This document shows positions 60,344-64,000 of a DNA stretch of 64,000 nucleotides, one piece after another. The notes under the pieces are model-generated. The model ran no database searches. It was not told the DNA's origin and was given only the letters and a program-made list of their open reading frames with translations. This DNA is from Deltaproteobacteria bacterium. Lineage in GTDB: Bacteria > Myxococcota_A > Polyangia > Polyangiales > Houyiibacteriaceae. The position numbers were made by a program, and so were the translations under genes. Position 1 is the first letter of the stretch; each line of letters starts with the position of its first letter. The stretch is from assembly GCA_034670305.1 (NCBI GenBank), contig JAXMNT010000011.1:64001-128000 (forward strand), given 5' to 3'.

Positions 60344-62155
60344 ATGACCACTGAATCCACTACTGAAACCTCTGAACCGGTTCACGAACCGGGTAGCTTC
60401 GCGGCCCTCTTCGAGGCCTCCACCACCCGCACCGACCAACTGCGCGAGGGCGACATCGTCGCCGGCTCCGTCATCAAGGTCGGCAAGGACTCCGTTGTCG
60501 TAGACATCGGATACAAGTCCGAGGGCGTCATTCCCATTCACGAGTTCATCGACGAGACCGGTTCGGTCAAGGTCACCCCCGGGGACCAGGTCGACGTGCT
60601 CGTCGAGGCCAAAGAGAACGAGTACGGACTCGTGCTCCTCTCGAAAGAGAAGGCCGACAAGCTCAAGGTCTGGGACGAGATCAGCGCCGCGTGCGAGCGC
60701 GACGAGCTCATCGCCGGCACCATCACCCAGCGCGTGAAGGGCGGCCTCTCGGTCACCATCCGCGGTGGCGTCAAAGCGTTCCTTCCGGGATCGCAGGTCG
60801 ACCTTCGACCGGTGCGCAACCTGGACAAGCTTCTTGGACAGACCTTCGATTTCAAGGTCATCAAGTTCAACAAGAAGCGCGGCAACATCGTGCTCAGTCG
60901 GCGCGTCCTGCTCGAGAAGGAGCGCGACCGCCTCAAGGCCAAGACGCTCGAGAAGCTCGAAGAGGGCATGATCGTCACGGGCACCATCAAGAACATCACC
61001 GAGTACGGTGCGTTCGTGGACCTCGGCGGCATCGACGGCCTCCTGCACATCACGGACATGTCCTGGGGTCGCGTCAGCCACCCGTCGGAGCTGTTCACGG
61101 TGGGCGACGAAGTCACCGTCAAGGTGCTCAAGTACAACCCGGAGACGGAGCGCGTGTCGCTCGGTCTCAAGCAGATGGGCGAGGACCCGTGGAACTTCGC
61201 AGCCGAGCGCTTCAAGCCGGACACGAAGGTCAGCGGTAAGGTCGTCTCCCTCACCGATTACGGCGCGTTCGTCGAACTCGAAGAGGGCGTCGAAGGCCTC
61301 ATTCACGTCAGCGAGATGACGTGGACCAAGCCGAAGCACCCGTCGAAGATCCTCGAGCTCGGCGAAGACGTCGAAGCCGTGGTGCTCGACATCGACATCC
61401 AGCACAAGCGCATCAGCCTCGGTCTGAAGCAGCTCAAGCCGGATCCGTGGACCCTGTTCACCAAGAAGTACGAAGCGGGTCAGACCATCCAGGGTCGCGT
61501 CCGGTCCATCACGGACTACGGCGTGTTCATCGGGATCGAAGACGGCGTGGACGGCATGGTCCACAAGTCGGACCTCAGCTGGACGCAGAAGATCAACAAC
61601 CCGGCCGACGTCTACAAAAAGGGCGACGAGGTCGAGGCGATCATTCTCGCGATCAACCACGAAGAGCAGAAGGTCAGCCTCGGCATCAAGCAGCTCTGGG
61701 AGGACCCGTGGTCCTACATCCCGGAGCGTTACCCCGAGGGCACCGTGCTCGAAGTGCGCATCACGCACGTCAACGAGTACGAGGCCGCAGTCGAGCTGGA
61801 AGAGGACGTCGAGGGCTCCGTGCCGCGCGCCGAAATCGGCAACGACATGAGCGTCGACCCGAGCCAGCTGGTCAAGGTCGGAGAGATCCTCAAGGCGCAG
61901 GTCATTCGTCTCGACGAAGACGAGCGCCGCATCAGCCTCTCGTTCAAGAGCGCCGACAACAAGGAACTCGACGAGAAGATGAAGTTCGTCGCCGAACGCC
62001 GCGCCAAGAAGGCCGGTCCGGCTGCCGCGATGGGACGCCAGGCTGCAACGCTTGGCGACCTCCTCAAGGACAAGCTGAGCGCGATTGCCGCGGCCGACGG
62101 CGATGCCGATGGCGAGTCCGACGCTCCGGCCGATGCAGGCAGCGAAGAAGAGTAG
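60344..62155 (+). CDS. rpsA: 30S ribosomal protein S1
   Basis: VDIGYKSEG, AFLPGSQVD, YGAFVDLGGIDGLLHITDMSW and repeated S1 domains. Confidence 0.98.
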   Translation: MTTESTTETSEPVHEPGSFAALFEASTTRTDQLREGDIVAGSVIKVGKDSVVVDIGYKSEGVIPIHEFIDETGSVKVTPGDQVDVLVEAKENEYGLVLLSKEKADKLKVWDEISAACERDELIAGTITQRVKGGLSVTIRGGVKAFLPGSQVDLRPVRNLDKLLGQTFDFKVIKFNKKRGNIVLSRRVLLEKERDRLKAKTLEKLEEGMIVTGTIKNITEYGAFVDLGGIDGLLHITDMSWGRVSHPSELFTVGDEVTVKVLKYNPETERVSLGLKQMGEDPWNFAAERFKPDTKVSGKVVSLTDYGAFVELEEGVEGLIHVSEMTWTKPKHPSKILELGEDVEAVVLDIDIQHKRISLGLKQLKPDPWTLFTKKYEAGQTIQGRVRSITDYGVFIGIEDGVDGMVHKSDLSWTQKINNPADVYKKGDEVEAIILAINHEEQKVSLGIKQLWEDPWSYIPERYPEGTVLEVRITHVNEYEAAVELEEDVEGSVPRAEIGNDMSVDPSQLVKVGEILKAQVIRLDEDERRISLSFKSADNKELDEKMKFVAERRAKKAGPAAAMGRQAATLGDLLKDKLSAIAAADGDADGESDAPADAGSEEE

Positions 62156-62185
62156 ACCTCCGGGTTCACACTTTCTGAAGTAGAA

Positions 62186-62222
62186 GACGCCGCGTTCCTC
62201 CGGGAGCGCGGCGTTTCTCTTT
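62186..62222 (+). terminator. Rho-independent terminator after rpsA
   Basis: GACGCCGCGTTCC-TCCG-GGAGCGCGGCGTT followed by TCTCTTT. Confidence 0.75.
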
Positions 62223-62324
62223 GTCATGGGCCCAGAGCCTCCCGCGCGAGAGACCTCTGGGCTTGAATCGCGGTGGGTTCTCTGCGTCTCCTCTCGCAAC
62301 CTCAGACCTTCACAAGGGCCCTCG

Positions 62325-62912
62325 ATGCGATTCCTTCTCCCCCTCCTACTTGTCTCCGCGCTTGCATGCGTTGGCCCCCCCGCCCCCGATCGCGTCGACG
62401 ACGAACCCACGGGTGGCGGTCACGAGGTCAGCGATCCTGGTACCGCGCCAGGCGATCCCGGCTGTCCGCCGCCGGCCGAGTCGGCGGACATGTGCGCGGC
62501 GGTGATGGTCTACGCGCAGCATCCGGACACCGGCGCGTGCTGCGAGTACAGCTCGCCCTGTGTGGCGCCCCAGGGCTGGGCCGCGTTCGGCGATCCGGCG
62601 GAGTGCGCCGCGGCCTCCTCGGCTCCGGCATCCACATCGGCGTACGCCGATCTCGAAGCCCCCGACCCGGCGTGGCTGAGCTGTGGGACCGACGCGGACT
62701 GCGCGGTGGTGGAGATCGGCTGCTGCGATCACTGCAACGGCGGCCGGGTGATCCCAGTCAACACCAGCTCGGCCGGTGAAGCCGAGACCCGCTACCACGC
62801 GGAGTGCCCGGACGATCAGCGCTGCACCATGCGCGGGTGTTTCGGGCCCGAGGCGGCGTGCGAGAGCGGGCAGTGTGCGTTGCGGCGCGTGGAGCCGAAC
62901 CTCCCGCGGTAG
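62325..62912 (+). CDS. Cys-rich lipoprotein
   Basis: [15 protein letters not shown] lipobox and two disulfide-rich modules (C..D.DC....GCCDHCNGG). Confidence 0.82.
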   Translation: MRFLLPLLLVSALACVGPPAPDRVDDEPTGGGHEVSDPGTAPGDPGCPPPAESADMCAAVMVYAQHPDTGACCEYSSPCVAPQGWAAFGDPAECAAASSAPASTSAYADLEAPDPAWLSCGTDADCAVVEIGCCDHCNGGRVIPVNTSSAGEAETRYHAECPDDQRCTMRGCFGPEAACESGQCALRRVEPNLPR

Positions 62913-62931
62913 CGCGCCAAACGATGGTTGT

Positions 62932-62971
62932 GGACGCCGCGCGTGTTTTGCACGCGTGGCGTCTTCCTTTT
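62932..62971 (+). terminator. terminator-like hairpin
   Basis: GGACGCCGCGCGTG-TTTTG-CACGCGTGGCGTCT followed by TCCTTTT. Confidence 0.65.
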
Positions 62972-63004
62972 GGGGAGGCCGATACCGCCGCTGCCGAATC
63001 GGTT

Positions 63005-63231
63005 CCCGTGCCCGTGCCCGTGCCCACGGTTGTCATCCGAAGCCGAATCCGATGCCGATGCCGAAGCCGAAGCCGACGCCGAAGCCGATGCCGAAGCCGA
63101 CGCCGAAGCCGATGCCGAAGCCGAAGCCGACGCCGAAGCCGAGGCCGAAGCCGATGCCGAAGCCGCGGTTCCGTGCCCGTGCCCGTGCTTTGCCAGCGAA
63201 GCCGACGCCGACTGCCGACGCCGACTCCGGC
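63005..63231 (+). repeat. composite array (CCCGTG)n-(GCCGAA/GCCGAT/GCCGAC)n-(CCCGTG)n
   Basis: Directly visible between convergent genes. Confidence 0.95.
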
Positions 63232-64000
63232 CTAGTGGGTCGCTGGGGGAAGGCGGGCGGGATCGATGGTCGTGGTTTCGTAGGTCGCGCGAATCGATGG
63301 GCAGGGAGGCCCGTCTCCGAGCGTCATGCCGTCCGCGTAGGACCAGAGGACGACGCGGCCGGTCTCTGGGTGGTACGCGGCTCCGTAGCCCATGCCGCAC
63401 GTGGCCCGGTTGTCGTAACGCATGGTGTGCACCACCTCCTCACCGAGGCGCAGCGCGCCGTCGGTCAGGGACAAGCCGCTCGTCGACCTGCCCTCTGCGA
63501 CTTCCATCAGCGGGACCGCGCCGGCGAGGGCGCTGGTCAGTCCTTCCGCGTAGGCCCGGAGCGCTCCGAGATCGTCGCGGGGCGGGGTTCGGGTCAGCAC
63601 GCGTCGACCCCGCACGAAGTCGGCCCGCAACGATGCTTGATGGTCGTCGGCAGGCGCGACCACAAAGGTGCCGTCGGGCAGCAGTGCGGGCAGTCCTGGA
63701 ATGCCTTGACGGACGAGGGCGGGCAGTTCGTCGTCCGTGGCGGAGTCGTAGAGTTCTCCGAGTCGGCGGGCATCTCGGGCGACCGCGATCTCCGCCCAGG
63801 GAGGCAGCGGTTCGCACGCGTCGTCCTCGGGTGGCTGGCGCCAGAGCCGCACGTAGTCGACGCAGCCGAGCGAGGTCGGTCGGTCGGTTCGGAACCCGTA
63901 CTTCGCGCAGTGGAAACCATAGTAGCGAAGCGCGCAGGAGTGAGAGGTCGTCGGGCACCCGCCGTCGTGCAGGCGACCGAGCACCGCGCAGGAGGCCGTC
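63232..64000 (-). CDS. hypothetical Cys-containing protein, 5' end outside window
   Basis: Frame is open to the window edge with high-GC coding pattern. No motif recognised. Confidence 0.7.
   Translation of the reverse strand, partial: TASCAVLGRLHDGGCPTTSHSCALRYYGFHCAKYGFRTDRPTSLGCVDYVRLWRQPPEDDACEPLPPWAEIAVARDARRLGELYDSATDDELPALVRQGIPGLPALLPDGTFVVAPADDHQASLRADFVRGRRVLTRTPPRDDLGALRAYAEGLTSALAGAVPLMEVAEGRSTSGLSLTDGALRLGEEVVHTMRYDNRATCGMGYGAAYHPETGRVVLWSYADGMTLGDGPPCPSIRATYETTTIDPARLPPATH

Overview
High-GC bacterial DNA. Gene content (FHA/GAF sigma54 activators, Hanks kinases, a DUF1592/DUF1552 pair, many Cys-rich lipoproteins, XRE-pilMNOPQ-aroKB) suggests a myxobacterium, probably Polyangia; this is an inference. 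The backbone is mostly ordinary: a signalling operon, envelope HEAT/beta-propeller/LppC genes, two MoxR-DUF58 modules (one coupled to rsmA), type IV pilus genes, mutS and pheA-hisC-aroA-cmk-rpsA. The unusual signal is non-coding or hidden. (1) A RAYT-like HUH transposase absent from the ORF track runs off the left end. Beside it is a ~50-nt double-hairpin element that recurs between pilQ and aroKB and as an 18-codon in-frame insertion in mutS. (2) Six hexamer-lattice arrays (GCCGAA/GCCGAC/TCCGAA/CCCGTG) are dispersed through the window, with CCG-to-CTG shifted sub-blocks and apparently strand-specific G-rich flanks. (3) A cassette with ~40-bp inverted hexamer arms encloses a possible decayed four-helix-bundle-like gene. 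Two enzymes (PheA and an SDR) appear to lack canonical catalytic residues. All calls were made by eye; no databases were searched.
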